In this document: positions 42,503-52,956 of the stretch, piece by piece
Position numbering within the stretch: position 1 is the first letter of the stretch
Layout: each line of letters opens with the position of its first letter
Source of the DNA: Gammaproteobacteria bacterium
GTDB taxonomy: Bacteria > Pseudomonadota > Gammaproteobacteria > UBA4575
Direction of reading: 5' to 3'
NCBI GenBank assembly: GCA_965222615.1
Contig: CBDCUI010000008.1
Coordinates: 384,001 to 448,000, forward strand
Length of the DNA: 64,000 nt
Notes under the pieces: generated by a model
Told to the model about the DNA's origin: nothing
Databases searched by the model: none
The model's input: only the letters and a program-made list of their open reading frames with translations
Position numbers and translations under genes: made by a program

Positions 42503-43861
42503 ATGTTTGATAATTTATCCAATCGACTATCTGGTACAGTCAAAAAACTGCGGGGTCAAGCGCGACTCACTGAAGACAATATTCAAGATACTTTACGTGA
42601 CGTACGTATGGCTTTGCTTGAAGCCGACGTAGCCTTACCAGTTGTTCGCCAGTTTATTGAAAGTGTAAAAACTAAAGCGCTTGGGCAAGAGGTATTAGGT
42701 AGTCTTACGCCTGGCCAGTCCTTTATTAAAATTGTAAATGACGAGTTGGTTCATTTGATGGGGGAAACCAATGAGTCACTAGCACTTTCTGCTCAGCCTC
42801 CTGTAGTTATACTAATCGCTGGACTGCAAGGCTCTGGTAAAACTACAAGCATTGCCAAACTTTCACGCTGGTTAAGTGAACAACAAAAAAAATCCATTGC
42901 TGTAGTGAGCTGTGATGTATACCGACCCGCGGCGATTCAACAGTTAGAAACACTTGCGAAGGAAGTGGGTGTGGAGTTTGTTCCAAGCGACACTACACAA
43001 TCGCCTGTCGATATCGCAACACATGCAATAGATTATGCGAAGAAACAATTTAAAGATGTCCTATTGATTGATACTGCAGGTCGTTTGCACGTCGATGATG
43101 AAATGATGCAGGAAATTATTGCATTGCATGCAGCAGTGCGGCCTACCGAGACATTATTTGTCGTCGATAGTATGAGTGGACAAGATGCTGCCAATTCTGC
43201 TCAGGCATTCGATCAAGCACTACCTCTAACAGGTGTCATCCTTACTAAAACGGATGGTGATGCACGTGGTGGTGCGGCTTTATCAGTTCGACAAATTACA
43301 GGTAAACCAATTAAGTTTATTGGTACCGGTGAAAAGACAACGGCTTTAGAACCTTTTTATCCTGATCGCATCGCTTCACGCATTTTGGGTATGGGTGATG
43401 TAGTAAGCTTAGTTGAAGAGGTCGAACAGAAAGTTGATCATGCTAAGGCGCAAAAACTTGCGAAGAAAATCAAAAAGGGAAAAAGCTTTGATTTAGTCGA
43501 TTTGAAAGCTCAGTTAGAGCAAATGATGAATATGGGCGGTTTGGCAGGATTGATGGATAAAATGCCGGGTACTGCCGGCTTACCGAAAAATGCCAAGGCG
43601 TTAGCAGACGATAAGGCTTTACCACGCATGATCGCCATAATTAATTCTATGACTCCACAGGAGAGACGTTTTCCAGATATCATTAAAAATACCCGTAAAC
43701 GTAGAATAGCTGCGGGTTCTGGCACACAAGTGCAAGATGTTAATCGCTTGTTAAAACAACATCTGCAAATGAAGAAAATGATGAAAAAGTTTTCCAAAAA
43801 AGGGGGTATGCAAAAGATGATGCAATCGATGGGTGGAAGGTTGCCGCCAGGATTAGGGTAA
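42503..43861 (+). CDS. ffh: Signal recognition particle protein Ffh
   Basis: GLQGSGKTT, DTAGR and TKTDGDARGG motifs; Met-rich M domain. Confidence 0.98.
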   Translation: MFDNLSNRLSGTVKKLRGQARLTEDNIQDTLRDVRMALLEADVALPVVRQFIESVKTKALGQEVLGSLTPGQSFIKIVNDELVHLMGETNESLALSAQPPVVILIAGLQGSGKTTSIAKLSRWLSEQQKKSIAVVSCDVYRPAAIQQLETLAKEVGVEFVPSDTTQSPVDIATHAIDYAKKQFKDVLLIDTAGRLHVDDEMMQEIIALHAAVRPTETLFVVDSMSGQDAANSAQAFDQALPLTGVILTKTDGDARGGAALSVRQITGKPIKFIGTGEKTTALEPFYPDRIASRILGMGDVVSLVEEVEQKVDHAKAQKLAKKIKKGKSFDLVDLKAQLEQMMNMGGLAGLMDKMPGTAGLPKNAKALADDKALPRMIAIINSMTPQERRFPDIIKNTRKRRIAAGSGTQVQDVNRLLKQHLQMKKMMKKFSKKGGMQKMMQSMGGRLPPGLG

Positions 43862-43998
43862 GCGCGCGGGCTATGGCTATGCAGGGGTTATTGCCTCCCA
43901 GGGCAAGGGTAAAAGCTTTTTTGGCTTTATTTTCGAGTGAATTTGCGTACAATGCCCGGCTCGATTTAAATTCAGGTTCATAAACTGATATTACTTGC

Positions 43999-44250
43999 AT
44001 GGTAACGATTAGATTATCTAGAGGTGGAGCCAAAAAACGGCCTTATTACCACATTGTGGTCACGGACTCGCGTAAGCGTAGGGATAGTGGTTATATTGAG
44101 CGCATTGGTTTATTTAACCCCATGTCTAAGGGGCAAGAAGTACGCTTTTCAATCGAAATGGATCGTTACGAGCATTGGCTGGGCCATGGTGCAAAACCCT
44201 CTGAGCGGGTAGCGAGTTTGGTCAAGCAACACCTCAAGCAAGCGGCTTAA
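43999..44250 (+). CDS. rpsP: 30S ribosomal protein S16
   Basis: [25 protein letters not shown]. Confidence 0.98.
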   Translation: MVTIRLSRGGAKKRPYYHIVVTDSRKRRDSGYIERIGLFNPMSKGQEVRFSIEMDRYEHWLGHGAKPSERVASLVKQHLKQAA

Positions 44251-44281
44251 TCGAGATTTCCTTTCAAATTCTGTCCAAGTT

Positions 44282-44797
44282 TTGGACCAAAATTCAAATA
44301 TCCAACTTGGTTTGATTCAAGGCGTCTTTGGTATCAAAGGCTGGTTTAAGGTGTTTTCCTACTGTCGTCCTAAGGAGCAAATACTGAATTATGCCACCTG
44401 GCAATTACTCAAGGCGGAGGAAACACACACCTATCGCGTTGAAAATGGCAAACAACATGGAAATGGCATTATCACAAAGCTAAAAGGTATCGATACTCGA
44501 ACACAAGCCGAAAAGCTAGTGGGTGCAGAAATTTGGGTATCAAAAGAGGATCTACTGGAATTGTTAGAGGGGGACTATTATTGGTTTCAATTGACAGGAC
44601 TAAAAGTGTTCACTACTGATGGAGAATATTTAGGAACGGTTACTCGCTTATTAGAGACGGGTGCAAATGATGTCTTGGTGATCGCAAACGAGTCTGCCGA
44701 AGAAATTTTGATCCCATATATAAAAGATGAGGTCGTTAAAAGTGTAGACCTGAATCAGAAGTTAATTACTGTAGCTTGGCAAGCTGATTATATTTAG
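44282..44797 (+). CDS. rimM: Ribosome maturation factor RimM
   Basis: GVFGIKGWFKV, YYWFQLTGL and ETGANDVL motifs. Confidence 0.95.
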   Translation: MDQNSNIQLGLIQGVFGIKGWFKVFSYCRPKEQILNYATWQLLKAEETHTYRVENGKQHGNGIITKLKGIDTRTQAEKLVGAEIWVSKEDLLELLEGDYYWFQLTGLKVFTTDGEYLGTVTRLLETGANDVLVIANESAEEILIPYIKDEVVKSVDLNQKLITVAWQADYI

Positions 44798-44810
44798 TCG
44801 AATAAATGCT

Positions 44811-45548
44811 GTGCACATTGAAATCATAACTTTATTTCCAGAAATGGTATTAAATTTGACTACATATGGAGTCATTGGCCGAGCCATTGAGAATAAGTTA
44901 GTCGATTTAAATGTACTTAATTTGCGTGATTTTTCTGATGATTCTAACCGCCGTGTCGATGATCGACCTTACGGTGGAGGGCCTGGAATGGTGTTGCAAT
45001 ATGAACCGCTAAAAAAAGCGATTCAAAAAGCCACACAAAATACCAGTAAAAGCCATGTAGTTTGTTTTTCACCTCAAGGGAATCGCCTAGAGCAAGCTGA
45101 TGTGAAGAGATTAGGCGCTTATCCGCATGTTGTACTTGTTGCAGGGCGCTACGAGGGCATTGATGAGAGACTGGTAGAAGCTGAAATTGATGAGGAAATC
45201 TCGATAGGTGATTATGTGGTCAGTGGAGGCGAATTACCTGCTATGGTTTTAGTGGATGCCTTGCTACGACAGCTTCCTGGGGTCTTAGGGCATGAGGAAT
45301 CAGCCATACAGGATTCCTTTGTTGACGGGCTGCTCGATTGCCCGCATTATACGCGCCCGGAAAGTATAGATGGACGCAATGTGCCGAAAGTGTTGCTGCA
45401 AGGCGACCATCAGGCAATTGCTCAATGGCGCATGAAGCAATCATTGGGTCGCACCTATTTGCGCCGGCCAGATCTAATCGCTAAAGCAAAGTTAAGCGAT
45501 GAACAGCGGCGATTGCTTGAGGAATTTATACAAGAGCAGCAAGACTGA
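44811..45548 (+). CDS. trmD: tRNA (guanine-37-N1)-methyltransferase
   Basis: [20 protein letters not shown] and [11 protein letters not shown] motifs. Confidence 0.97.
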   Translation: MHIEIITLFPEMVLNLTTYGVIGRAIENKLVDLNVLNLRDFSDDSNRRVDDRPYGGGPGMVLQYEPLKKAIQKATQNTSKSHVVCFSPQGNRLEQADVKRLGAYPHVVLVAGRYEGIDERLVEAEIDEEISIGDYVVSGGELPAMVLVDALLRQLPGVLGHEESAIQDSFVDGLLDCPHYTRPESIDGRNVPKVLLQGDHQAIAQWRMKQSLGRTYLRRPDLIAKAKLSDEQRRLLEEFIQEQQD

Positions 45549-45567
45549 AATTAAAGAGATAAAGACA

Positions 45568-45912
45568 ATGGCGAACATCATTCACGAAATCAATCAACAA
45601 CAACTAAAGAAAGATATCCCCAAATTTAGTGCTGGAGATACCGTAGTAGTACAGGTAAAGGTAAAAGAAGGAAATCGTCAACGTTTACAAGCTTTTGAAG
45701 GTGTGGTGATTGCTATTCGGAATCGTGGCCTTAATTCTGCTTTTACAGTGAGAAAAATATCCCATGGTGAAGGTGTAGAACGTGTTTTTCAAACACACAG
45801 TCCAATGATCTCAAGTATTAAAGTAAAGCGAAAAGGGAATGTGCGACAAGCCAAGCTTTACTATTTGAGAGGTAGGACGGGTAAGGCTGCTAGGATCAAA
45901 GAAAAAATCTAA
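45568..45912 (+). CDS. rplS: 50S ribosomal protein L19
   Basis: [24 protein letters not shown] and AKLYYLR motifs; start at the ATG at 45568. Confidence 0.97.
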   Translation: MANIIHEINQQQLKKDIPKFSAGDTVVVQVKVKEGNRQRLQAFEGVVIAIRNRGLNSAFTVRKISHGEGVERVFQTHSPMISSIKVKRKGNVRQAKLYYLRGRTGKAARIKEKI

Positions 45913-46037
45913 CTACGAAAACTCTAATTTACTTTGATACTTTGTTAAAAAATGATCTCAAAATGCTCATTTACTAACGTGTAAATTCCGCTTTTTCGAC
46001 ATTTTTTGCCTCGCCTCAAAATAAATCAGAGCTTCCT
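45913..46037. mobile_element. MITE-like element, ~125 bp
   Basis: Imperfect terminal inverted repeats (GAAAACTCTAATTTA / TAAATCAGAGCTTCC); core AAATGCTCATTTACTAA..TGTAAA.TCCGCTTT shared with 49649-49771. Confidence 0.7.
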
Positions 46038-46049
46038 CAAATCATTAGT

Positions 46050-46088
46050 AAACAAAAACGCCTCGATTGACGAGGCGTTTTTGTTTTG
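46050..46088. terminator. Rho-independent terminator of the rpsP-rplS operon
   Basis: AAACAAAAACGCCTCG-ATTGA-CGAGGCGTTTTTGTTT. Confidence 0.85.
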
Positions 46089-46170
46089 ACTGCAGATGTA
46101 TACATGTGAGATGAACTAAGTAAAATGCTATCCAAGTGAATAACTATTAGAGTAGATAGAAAGAGGTGTC

Positions 46171-46647
46171 ATGAATAAAATTGTTACAGCAACACCAATT
46201 GGTAAACTAGCGGTTATCTATGATAGTGATTTTGTGCTTGAAGTAAGGCAAGTATCCTCCCAAAGCCGTATTAAAAAAGGCAAAGAATCATTTGCTCAAG
46301 AAATCGATAAGCAATTACAAGCATATTTCCTAGGCGATTTACAAAAATTTGATATCCCTTTTTTGTTTGAAAACGCAACAGACTTTCAGGCTAGGGTGTG
46401 GGACCAAATCAGAAAAATTCCTTTTGGCTCAACTCAAACCTATGGCGAAATTGCGCAAAAAATTAAATCTGGACCTCGTGCTGTAGGGAATGCGTGCCGA
46501 CGCAATAAGCTATTACTGGTGGTTCCTTGTCACCGTGTTGTGAGTGCTACAGGTCTTGGTGGGTTTATGGGAGATGCAGATGGTAGTCTAGTACGTCGCA
46601 AACAATGGCTATTGAATCACGAACAGGAATATCGCCGTGCCGCTTAG
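46171..46647 (+). CDS. ogt: Methylated-DNA--protein-cysteine methyltransferase
   Basis: FQARVW..IPFG.T.TYG, RAVGNA and VPCHRVV active-site motif. Confidence 0.92.
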   Translation: MNKIVTATPIGKLAVIYDSDFVLEVRQVSSQSRIKKGKESFAQEIDKQLQAYFLGDLQKFDIPFLFENATDFQARVWDQIRKIPFGSTQTYGEIAQKIKSGPRAVGNACRRNKLLLVVPCHRVVSATGLGGFMGDADGSLVRRKQWLLNHEQEYRRAA

Positions 46648-46687
46648 TAAATATAAATAATCGTTTAGGCATCATAAATCAGGATTT

Positions 46688-46843
46688 ATGCACATAGGTT
46701 ATTTAAAGCTTGAATCGGCCAGCAACTGAGTTTAATTAAATGCATATTCACTATCTTAAGCATGAACCAGTAAGCAACCAAGTTTAGTTAGATGCACGTT
46801 CATTATCTTAAGCATGTTCCATTTGAAGGCTTAGGGAGTATTG
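46688..46843 (+). repeat. Three degenerate 52-bp tandem units, each starting like the downstream GATase gene
   Basis: ATGCAC/T at 46688, 46740 and 46792; translations MHIGYLKLE, MHIHYLKHE and MHVHYLKHV. Confidence 0.75.
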
Positions 46844-47493
46844 AGAATATACTTGTTAATAGAGGTTTTGCCTTGTCACATACATGCATGTATCAAGATC
46901 AGTCACTGCCATCGATTCATGATTTAGATGCACTTTTCGTGATGGGTGGACCAATGGGCGTACACGATGAAGATAAATATCCTTGGCTCACTTTGGAAAA
47001 GGGCTTTATTGAGTCGGTGATACAACGCGAAGTACCAGTAATTGGAATATGTTTAGGTGCACAGTTGATTGCCAATATTTTAGGTGCGTCAGTCAAAAAA
47101 AACACCTACGAAGAAATTGGTTGGTTTCCAGTTAAACGCACCAAAGGCTTACAAGATGAACGGGTTCAGGATCTACCCTTAAGTTTTGATGTTTTGCACT
47201 GGCATTCAGATACCTTCGATATTCCCTCAGGCGCATCAAATTTTATTGTCAGTGATGGATGTGCAAATCAGGGTTTTGTCTATGGAGATAATGTATTAGG
47301 GCTACAGTTTCACCTCGAAATGCTTCCCAGCAATGTGCACGCTATCTATCAAGAATGTGGTCAGCCTGAAAAATCAGGTACTTATATTCAAAGTCTTGAG
47401 GAAATGTTGGCGCCAACAGAAAAATTTCAGCAAGCAGGAAAAATTTTAGAAGAATTTCTGCAAGCCTTTATTTTTGCAAAAATGGCCTCATAA
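46792..47493 (+). CDS. Class I glutamine amidotransferase-like protein
   Basis: HVPFEGLG, MGGPM, GICLGAQL, HWHSDTF and LQFHLE (Cys-His-Glu triad). Confidence 0.9.
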   Translation: MHVHYLKHVPFEGLGSIENILVNRGFALSHTCMYQDQSLPSIHDLDALFVMGGPMGVHDEDKYPWLTLEKGFIESVIQREVPVIGICLGAQLIANILGASVKKNTYEEIGWFPVKRTKGLQDERVQDLPLSFDVLHWHSDTFDIPSGASNFIVSDGCANQGFVYGDNVLGLQFHLEMLPSNVHAIYQECGQPEKSGTYIQSLEEMLAPTEKFQQAGKILEEFLQAFIFAKMAS

Positions 47494-47513
47494 AATAGTA
47501 CTACATACTTTTA

Positions 47514-47732
47514 ATGGAGGATCTAATGGAAGATAACAGTCGAAAAGATATACGTGCATTGCTCAAAACATTTGGGGTAAAAGCGGATGAAGCCATAGTC
47601 GGTCACCTGGCGAAACACCCTGATGTATCTAAGCTTAATCTAAAAGTAACGCTTGAAGATTTAACAGATTATGGTACTTCAGCCCCTGGTGAAAAACTGT
47701 CTCTAGAAATTAATGGTGAAATTGATCGATAA
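47514..47732 (+). CDS. Small hypothetical protein (possibly DUF6494-like)
   Basis: 72-aa ORF; GGAGG SD before the second ATG; IRALLKTFGV motif. Confidence 0.65.
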   Translation: MEDLMEDNSRKDIRALLKTFGVKADEAIVGHLAKHPDVSKLNLKVTLEDLTDYGTSAPGEKLSLEINGEIDR

Positions 47733-47756
47733 CGCAAATACCAATAACAATACATT

Positions 47757-49649
47757 ATGAGTACGGAAACACAGAAACAAACCTTACAATTTGAAACAGA
47801 AGTTGCGCAACTTCTACATTTAATGATTCATTCTCTTTATTCAAATAAAGAGATTTTTTTACGCGAGTTGATCTCTAATGGTTCAGACGCATGTGACAAA
47901 TTACGTTTTGAAGCCATTTCTGACGATTCATTACTAAATAAAGACAGCGAGCTCAAAATTCAAGTTGAGTTTGATAAAGATGATCGCACGATTACTGTTC
48001 GTGATAACGGTATCGGAATGAGTCGAGATGAAGTAATTCAAAACATTGGTACCATTGCAAAATCAGGTACTAAAGAGTTTTTGGCGCAGCTAACTGGTGA
48101 CCAAAGTAAAGACGCGCATCTGATTGGCCAATTTGGAGTGGGTTTTTATTCTGCATTTATTGTTGCTGATAAAGTCACGCTTATTACGCGCAGAGCGAGT
48201 CTTGCAAAAGATCAGGCAGTGCGTTGGGAATCTGAAGGAACGGGTTCATATACCATAGAAGAAATAGAACGGGAAAAACGTGGTATGGAAGTGATTCTGC
48301 ATTTGAAAAAAGAAGAAGATGAATTGCTAAATGGTTGGCGTTTACGTTCGATTATTTCAAAGTACTCAGATCATGTACCTTTGCCAATCGAGATGCGTGA
48401 AGAAAATGATAAAGGTGAGCCAACCGCGAAATGGGAGACAGTTAATCAGGCTTCGGCGCTCTGGGTACGACCTAAAAATGAGATTAGTGAGGAAGAATAT
48501 AAAGAATTCTATAAACATGTTGGGCATGATTTTGCGGAACCCTTGGTCTGGACACACAATCGTGTTGAAGGAAAAACCGAGTACATCTCACTTTTATATA
48601 TCCCTAAACAAGCCCCATTCGATTTGTTTGAGCCAAACCCGGCACATGGTGTGAAGCTCTATATTCAGCGTGTATTCATCATGGATGATGCGGAGAAGTT
48701 ATTACCTCGTTATTTACGATTTGTGCGGGGTGTTATCGATTCAAATGATTTGCCTTTAAACATTTCAAGAGAAATTTTGCAAAGCAATAAAGTCATCGAC
48801 AGCATACGCTCTGGTTCGGTCAAGAAAATTCTTGGCTTGCTTGAGAATCTTGCCAAGAACGAGTCTGTCAAATATCAGGAATTTTGGTCTGTATTCGGCA
48901 AAGTGCTGAAAGAAGGGCCAGGTGAAGATTTTGCCAACAAGGAACAAATTGCAAAATTACTTAGGTTTTCTTCAACACATAATAAAGATGATGCGCAGAC
49001 AGTTTCGCTAGAAGACTATATCGCGCGTATGAAGCCTGAACAGGAGAAAATCTATTACATCACAGCTGATAATTATGCTGCTGCAAAAAATAGTCCGCAT
49101 CTAGAAATCTTTCAAGATAAAGATATAGAAGTGTTATTACTTTTTGATCGTGTCGACGAATGGTTAATGAGTCACTTAACAGAATTTCAAGAAAAATCTT
49201 TTGCCTCGGTTGCCAAAGGTGAACTAGATTTAGGAAAAATGGGCAGTGAGGAAGATAAAGAGCAACAAAAGAAAATAGAGAAAGAAGCAAAAGACTTAAT
49301 CAGGCGCATTAAAGATGTACTTGAAGATAAAGTTGAAGATGTGCGCGTGTCTAGTCGTCTTAAATCATCGCCAGCATGTATTGTTTTAAGTGAACATGAG
49401 ATGGCCTTATATATGCAACATTTAATGCGTCAAGCGGGACATGATATGCCATCTACTAAGCCAGTATTAGAAGTTAACCCAAGTCATGCCCTAGTAAAAC
49501 GTATGGAAAATGAACAGGCTGAAGATAGATTTGCGGATTGGGCAAAAATTTTATTTGATCAAGCTATTCTTGCCGAAGGTGGGCAGCTTGAAGATCCTGC
49601 CTCCTTCGTAAACCGTTTGAACCAAATGATCAACGAAATTGCTGGTTAA
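47757..49649 (+). CDS. htpG: Molecular chaperone HtpG (Hsp90)
   Basis: [32 protein letters not shown] and DLPLNISRE motifs. Confidence 0.98.
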   Translation: MSTETQKQTLQFETEVAQLLHLMIHSLYSNKEIFLRELISNGSDACDKLRFEAISDDSLLNKDSELKIQVEFDKDDRTITVRDNGIGMSRDEVIQNIGTIAKSGTKEFLAQLTGDQSKDAHLIGQFGVGFYSAFIVADKVTLITRRASLAKDQAVRWESEGTGSYTIEEIEREKRGMEVILHLKKEEDELLNGWRLRSIISKYSDHVPLPIEMREENDKGEPTAKWETVNQASALWVRPKNEISEEEYKEFYKHVGHDFAEPLVWTHNRVEGKTEYISLLYIPKQAPFDLFEPNPAHGVKLYIQRVFIMDDAEKLLPRYLRFVRGVIDSNDLPLNISREILQSNKVIDSIRSGSVKKILGLLENLAKNESVKYQEFWSVFGKVLKEGPGEDFANKEQIAKLLRFSSTHNKDDAQTVSLEDYIARMKPEQEKIYYITADNYAAAKNSPHLEIFQDKDIEVLLLFDRVDEWLMSHLTEFQEKSFASVAKGELDLGKMGSEEDKEQQKKIEKEAKDLIRRIKDVLEDKVEDVRVSSRLKSSPACIVLSEHEMALYMQHLMRQAGHDMPSTKPVLEVNPSHALVKRMENEQAEDRFADWAKILFDQAILAEGGQLEDPASFVNRLNQMINEIAG

Positions 49650-49771
49650 GGAACCCCTGATTTCTCCTAATTCGGCGTTAAAAAATTGCTTTGAAATGCT
49701 CATTTACTAATTTGTAAACTCCGCTTTCCAAACAATTTTTTGCCTAGTATTAGAAAAAATCAGAGATTCTT
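49649..49771. mobile_element. MITE-like element, ~123 bp
   Basis: Terminal inverted repeats AGGAACCCCTGATTT / AAATCAGAGATTCTT flanked by TA-containing sites; core shared with 45913-46037. Confidence 0.7.
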
Positions 49772-49798
49772 TTAGTCCGACCAATTATTCAACCTTAA

Positions 49799-50239
49799 TT
49801 GAATATGTCTAAAAAACAATTTTGGGAATCTAAATCACTTGATGAAATGTCTCAGAAGGAATGGGAATCACTTTGTGATGGTTGTGGGAAATGTTGTTTA
49901 ATTAAATTAGAAGACTCCGACACAAAAGAGTTGTTTTATACAGATGTGGCTTGTCACCTTTTAAATGCTAAAACCTGTAGATGTAAAAATTATTCTAAAC
50001 GAAAAGAATTTGTCGATGATTGTTTGCAGTTAGTTGCGGATGATGTAGAAGAATTTAAATGGCTGCCAAAGACATGTGCGTATCGTTTGCTATACGAGGG
50101 TAAGGAGTTACCGGATTGGCATTATTTAATAAGTGGTGATAAGAAGACTGTGCATAGTCAGAACATGTCAGTTAAAGATCGGGTTGTAAGTGAAGCTGAT
50201 GTGTTAGAAATAGCAGAACATATTGTTTATTGGATCTGA
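49799..50239 (+). CDS. YcgN family cysteine cluster protein
   Basis: EWESLCDGCGKCCL.KLED, WLPKTCAYR and WHYLISGD motifs. Confidence 0.92.
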   Translation: MNMSKKQFWESKSLDEMSQKEWESLCDGCGKCCLIKLEDSDTKELFYTDVACHLLNAKTCRCKNYSKRKEFVDDCLQLVADDVEEFKWLPKTCAYRLLYEGKELPDWHYLISGDKKTVHSQNMSVKDRVVSEADVLEIAEHIVYWI

Positions 50240-50262
50240 TTTTTCTAATTTTTTTATACACC

Positions 50263-50518
50263 GCAAGAAGTGAACGTTCAGTTCATTGGCTGACAATAAT
50301 TAGGTTTGTTTGTTCATTTTCTTTGCTTGTCCAAAGAAAACGAACCAAAAGAAAAGACACCCAAATACCTTGATTTGCAGCTACGCTGCAAATTTCCTGC
50401 AAAGAATCCTTGTTTTAATCGGCACGCTGCGAATCGACATCCTGTCTCACGCAGCTTGGTAAACATCCTTGTTTACAAACCAACAAACAAGAATTCTTAT
50501 CAGCAAGGCATAATGGGA
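50263..50518. repeat. Structured dispersed repeat, copy 3 (inverted orientation)
   Basis: GCAAGAAGTGAACGTTCAGTTCATT...GTTCATTTTCTTTGCTTGTCCAAAGAAAACGAACCAAAAGAAAAGACACCC is the reverse complement of the copy 2 block. Confidence 0.8.
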
Positions 50519-50561
50519 GAATAAGAAGCGTGCAGTGAATGATCGCTACGGCCTATAGCGG

Positions 50562-50906
50562 TCATTCATACGGCTGAGTAGATAATGAATTTTGGAGTCG
50601 CTGTTGTTTTTTTTCTAGTTGGTAACCTATTTTTCCATGTATATGACTAATCGCTACTACTGTAATTAAAATAATTATATTAGCGATAGTGATAAGCGTT
50701 GTTTCTGGTTTGCTAATATATTCTCGATTTAGGTAAATCATGAAAGGGGCAATAATTATCTCAATACAACCAATTATTGCGAGCACTAATATCAACAAAA
50801 TAAACCCAGAGAATACCGAAGATTCAAAAACACTCCAATATATGAAAGATGCCAATAAAAAAAATGCTGTTAGAATAAAGATCTTAGAAACTATAGATAG
50901 ACGCAC
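50562..50906 (-). CDS. Hypothetical membrane protein (3 TM)
   Basis: 114-aa hydrophobic, AT-rich ORF; start uncertain. Confidence 0.5.
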   Translation of the reverse strand: MRLSIVSKIFILTAFFLLASFIYWSVFESSVFSGFILLILVLAIIGCIEIIIAPFMIYLNREYISKPETTLITIANIIILITVVAISHIHGKIGYQLEKKQQRLQNSLSTQPYE

Positions 50907-50969
50907 GTTGATGTTTCTGTTTGAATGCCTGTTTTGGGTCGTTTGCAGCCATAAATATATAAAGGCTAA

Positions 50970-51626
50970 TTACAAAATACTTGCTAAATGTCCGTTTTGG
51001 CCTTTGATTTTGTTGGTGTAATGTAGTTCAAAGTCGTCGATTATGGATTTTTGCACAGAATCTAAATTTAGTAGATTGTGTTTCCACTTATTTAGCTTGG
51101 GAAAGTCGTTCCAGTCTAATAACTTCAGTTTCTCGTTCATGAAATCTAGTCGAATTAATAACGGTGCATAAGCAGCATCGATTAAAGCCAGCTCTTCACC
51201 ATTAAAGTAAGTTGAATGGTCTAATGTATCTTCGACACGCTGTAAACGTTTCACACATTCACTCATTTGAGTTTTCATATCTTTTTCATCTTTATGATTA
51301 GCGATCATATAAAGATCAGCTAAACAAGTACCGCCATATTCAATCCAAGCCCGATTTTTTGCCAGTGTAAGCGGATCAGAGGGCTTTAACGTCCCTGGGG
51401 TTACATCGTCAATAAACTCATTAATTACTGCGGATTCAAATAACACTTCGTGGTCATCTACTTTCAATACAGGTACTTTGCCTAATGGTGAAATCTTCGA
51501 GAACCAATCGGGAGGGCTATTTAAATCAATAAAGGTAATTTTATAGTCGCAGTTTTTGTGGTTTAGTGTAATAACACTGCGTTGCACAAACGGACATACA
51601 TTAAAGCTGATTAGTTCTAAGTCCAT
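50970..51626 (-). CDS. Glutathione S-transferase family protein (omega-like CPF motif)
   Basis: CPFVQR, ISPLGKVPVL and LFESAVINEF motifs. Confidence 0.92.
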   Translation of the reverse strand: MDLELISFNVCPFVQRSVITLNHKNCDYKITFIDLNSPPDWFSKISPLGKVPVLKVDDHEVLFESAVINEFIDDVTPGTLKPSDPLTLAKNRAWIEYGGTCLADLYMIANHKDEKDMKTQMSECVKRLQRVEDTLDHSTYFNGEELALIDAAYAPLLIRLDFMNEKLKLLDWNDFPKLNKWKHNLLNLDSVQKSIIDDFELHYTNKIKGQNGHLASIL

Positions 51627-51687
51627 AATTATTAGTATGAATGATTCACAAGTGCGGCATTATACGCAATACAAGTAGAATAGAAAT

Positions 51688-52077
51688 ATGAGTGCAGGCG
51701 AAAAAATTCGAATAGACAAATGGCTATGGGCCGCACGATTTTTCAAGACGCGGGCATTAGCCTCAAATGCTGTAAATGGCGGTAAGGTGCATGCAAATGG
51801 GAAACGAGTTAAATCTTCGCGGTCGGTGTGTGTTGGAGATAAATTAGAAATTAGTCGTAGCCACTCCCATGTCACTGTAATGGTAAAAGCTTTAAGCGAA
51901 AAACGTGGCCCTGCAAAACAAGCGCAAATGCTTTATGAGGAAACTAGTGAAAGTATAGAGAAACGTGAGTTAAATGCTCAGCAAAGAAAATTGCTAAATG
52001 CGGGACTGCCACAAACAAAAACTAGACCGGATAAACGTCAAAGACGCCAATTACGCAAAGTAAGCGGTAAGCTGTAA
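51688..52077 (+). CDS. hslR: Ribosome-associated heat shock protein Hsp15
   Basis: RIDKWLWAARFFKTR, RGPA..AQ.LYEET and RPDKRQRRQL motifs. Confidence 0.95.
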   Translation: MSAGEKIRIDKWLWAARFFKTRALASNAVNGGKVHANGKRVKSSRSVCVGDKLEISRSHSHVTVMVKALSEKRGPAKQAQMLYEETSESIEKRELNAQQRKLLNAGLPQTKTRPDKRQRRQLRKVSGKL

Positions 52078-52348
52078 TAAAAATATAATCGATAATTCAT
52101 TTGTCACATAAGTAGTTAATAATAACCTACTAATCTTTAATTAAATTATTGCCGTAACTAAAGATATATTGATTATTTTTGTGTAATAAACTTCACTTGA
52201 CGCAAAGATGACGTTAAGAGCAATATGGAAAAAAACAAAAAGGTCGTGTTTCGATCAAGAAAACCATGTTTCAAATATGGTTATAAGTAAATTGTTCTGA
52301 ATGCGATAAGTTTTAGTATAAATACATTCAAAAAAACAAAGGCAGTCG

Positions 52349-52948
52349 GTGAATTTTGTGAGTTGGGTAAACAGTTCATTGCATATCAATAAACTTTTAT
52401 TTGCGTGGTTAATTTTTCTGTATGGTACATGCCTTTGTGCCGACTTCAGTGGTACGACTCAGTTCAAAGCCTATACAACTGAGTCTCTGAAACCTGGGTA
52501 CAAACTGTACACCGATAAGCAAGATCGATTCAGTGCAGCGCAACCGCTTGGATGGGATGTTAATTTTCCAAGTCCTCCCTCGGATGGAGTGATTTTCTCC
52601 ATACAACCCTCTACTGATAGCAATGAAAATGTTGCGGTAAACGTTTTGGTTACACCTCCAGCAACAAATATTATCGAAGTTGCAGAAGCGACTGAAAACT
52701 ACTTGATTAATCAATCTGGTGTTGAAAAATTTGAACTGAAAAATGATCAAGATATTTCGCTATCAGGAGCAATAGGTGTTGAGCGAAGCGTTACCTTTGA
52801 ATTAAATGGTATACCGCTCTATGTGCGTACTTTGTATTTGCAACATTCTGCATACACGTTTGCACTAAGTTTTACTACTGGGGCAGATAATGTTGATAAT
52901 ATGAATTCTACTTTTGAACACATAATTCGGAATTTCACAATCATGTAA
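52349..52948 (+). CDS. Secreted PsbP/Mog1/DcrB-like fold protein
   Basis: Hydrophobic N-terminal leader; Y...RFS...P.GW motif; C-terminal beta-strand pattern ending TFEHIIRNFTI. Confidence 0.6.
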   Translation: MNFVSWVNSSLHINKLLFAWLIFLYGTCLCADFSGTTQFKAYTTESLKPGYKLYTDKQDRFSAAQPLGWDVNFPSPPSDGVIFSIQPSTDSNENVAVNVLVTPPATNIIEVAEATENYLINQSGVEKFELKNDQDISLSGAIGVERSVTFELNGIPLYVRTLYLQHSAYTFALSFTTGADNVDNMNSTFEHIIRNFTIM

Positions 52949-52956
52949 TTTAGTTT

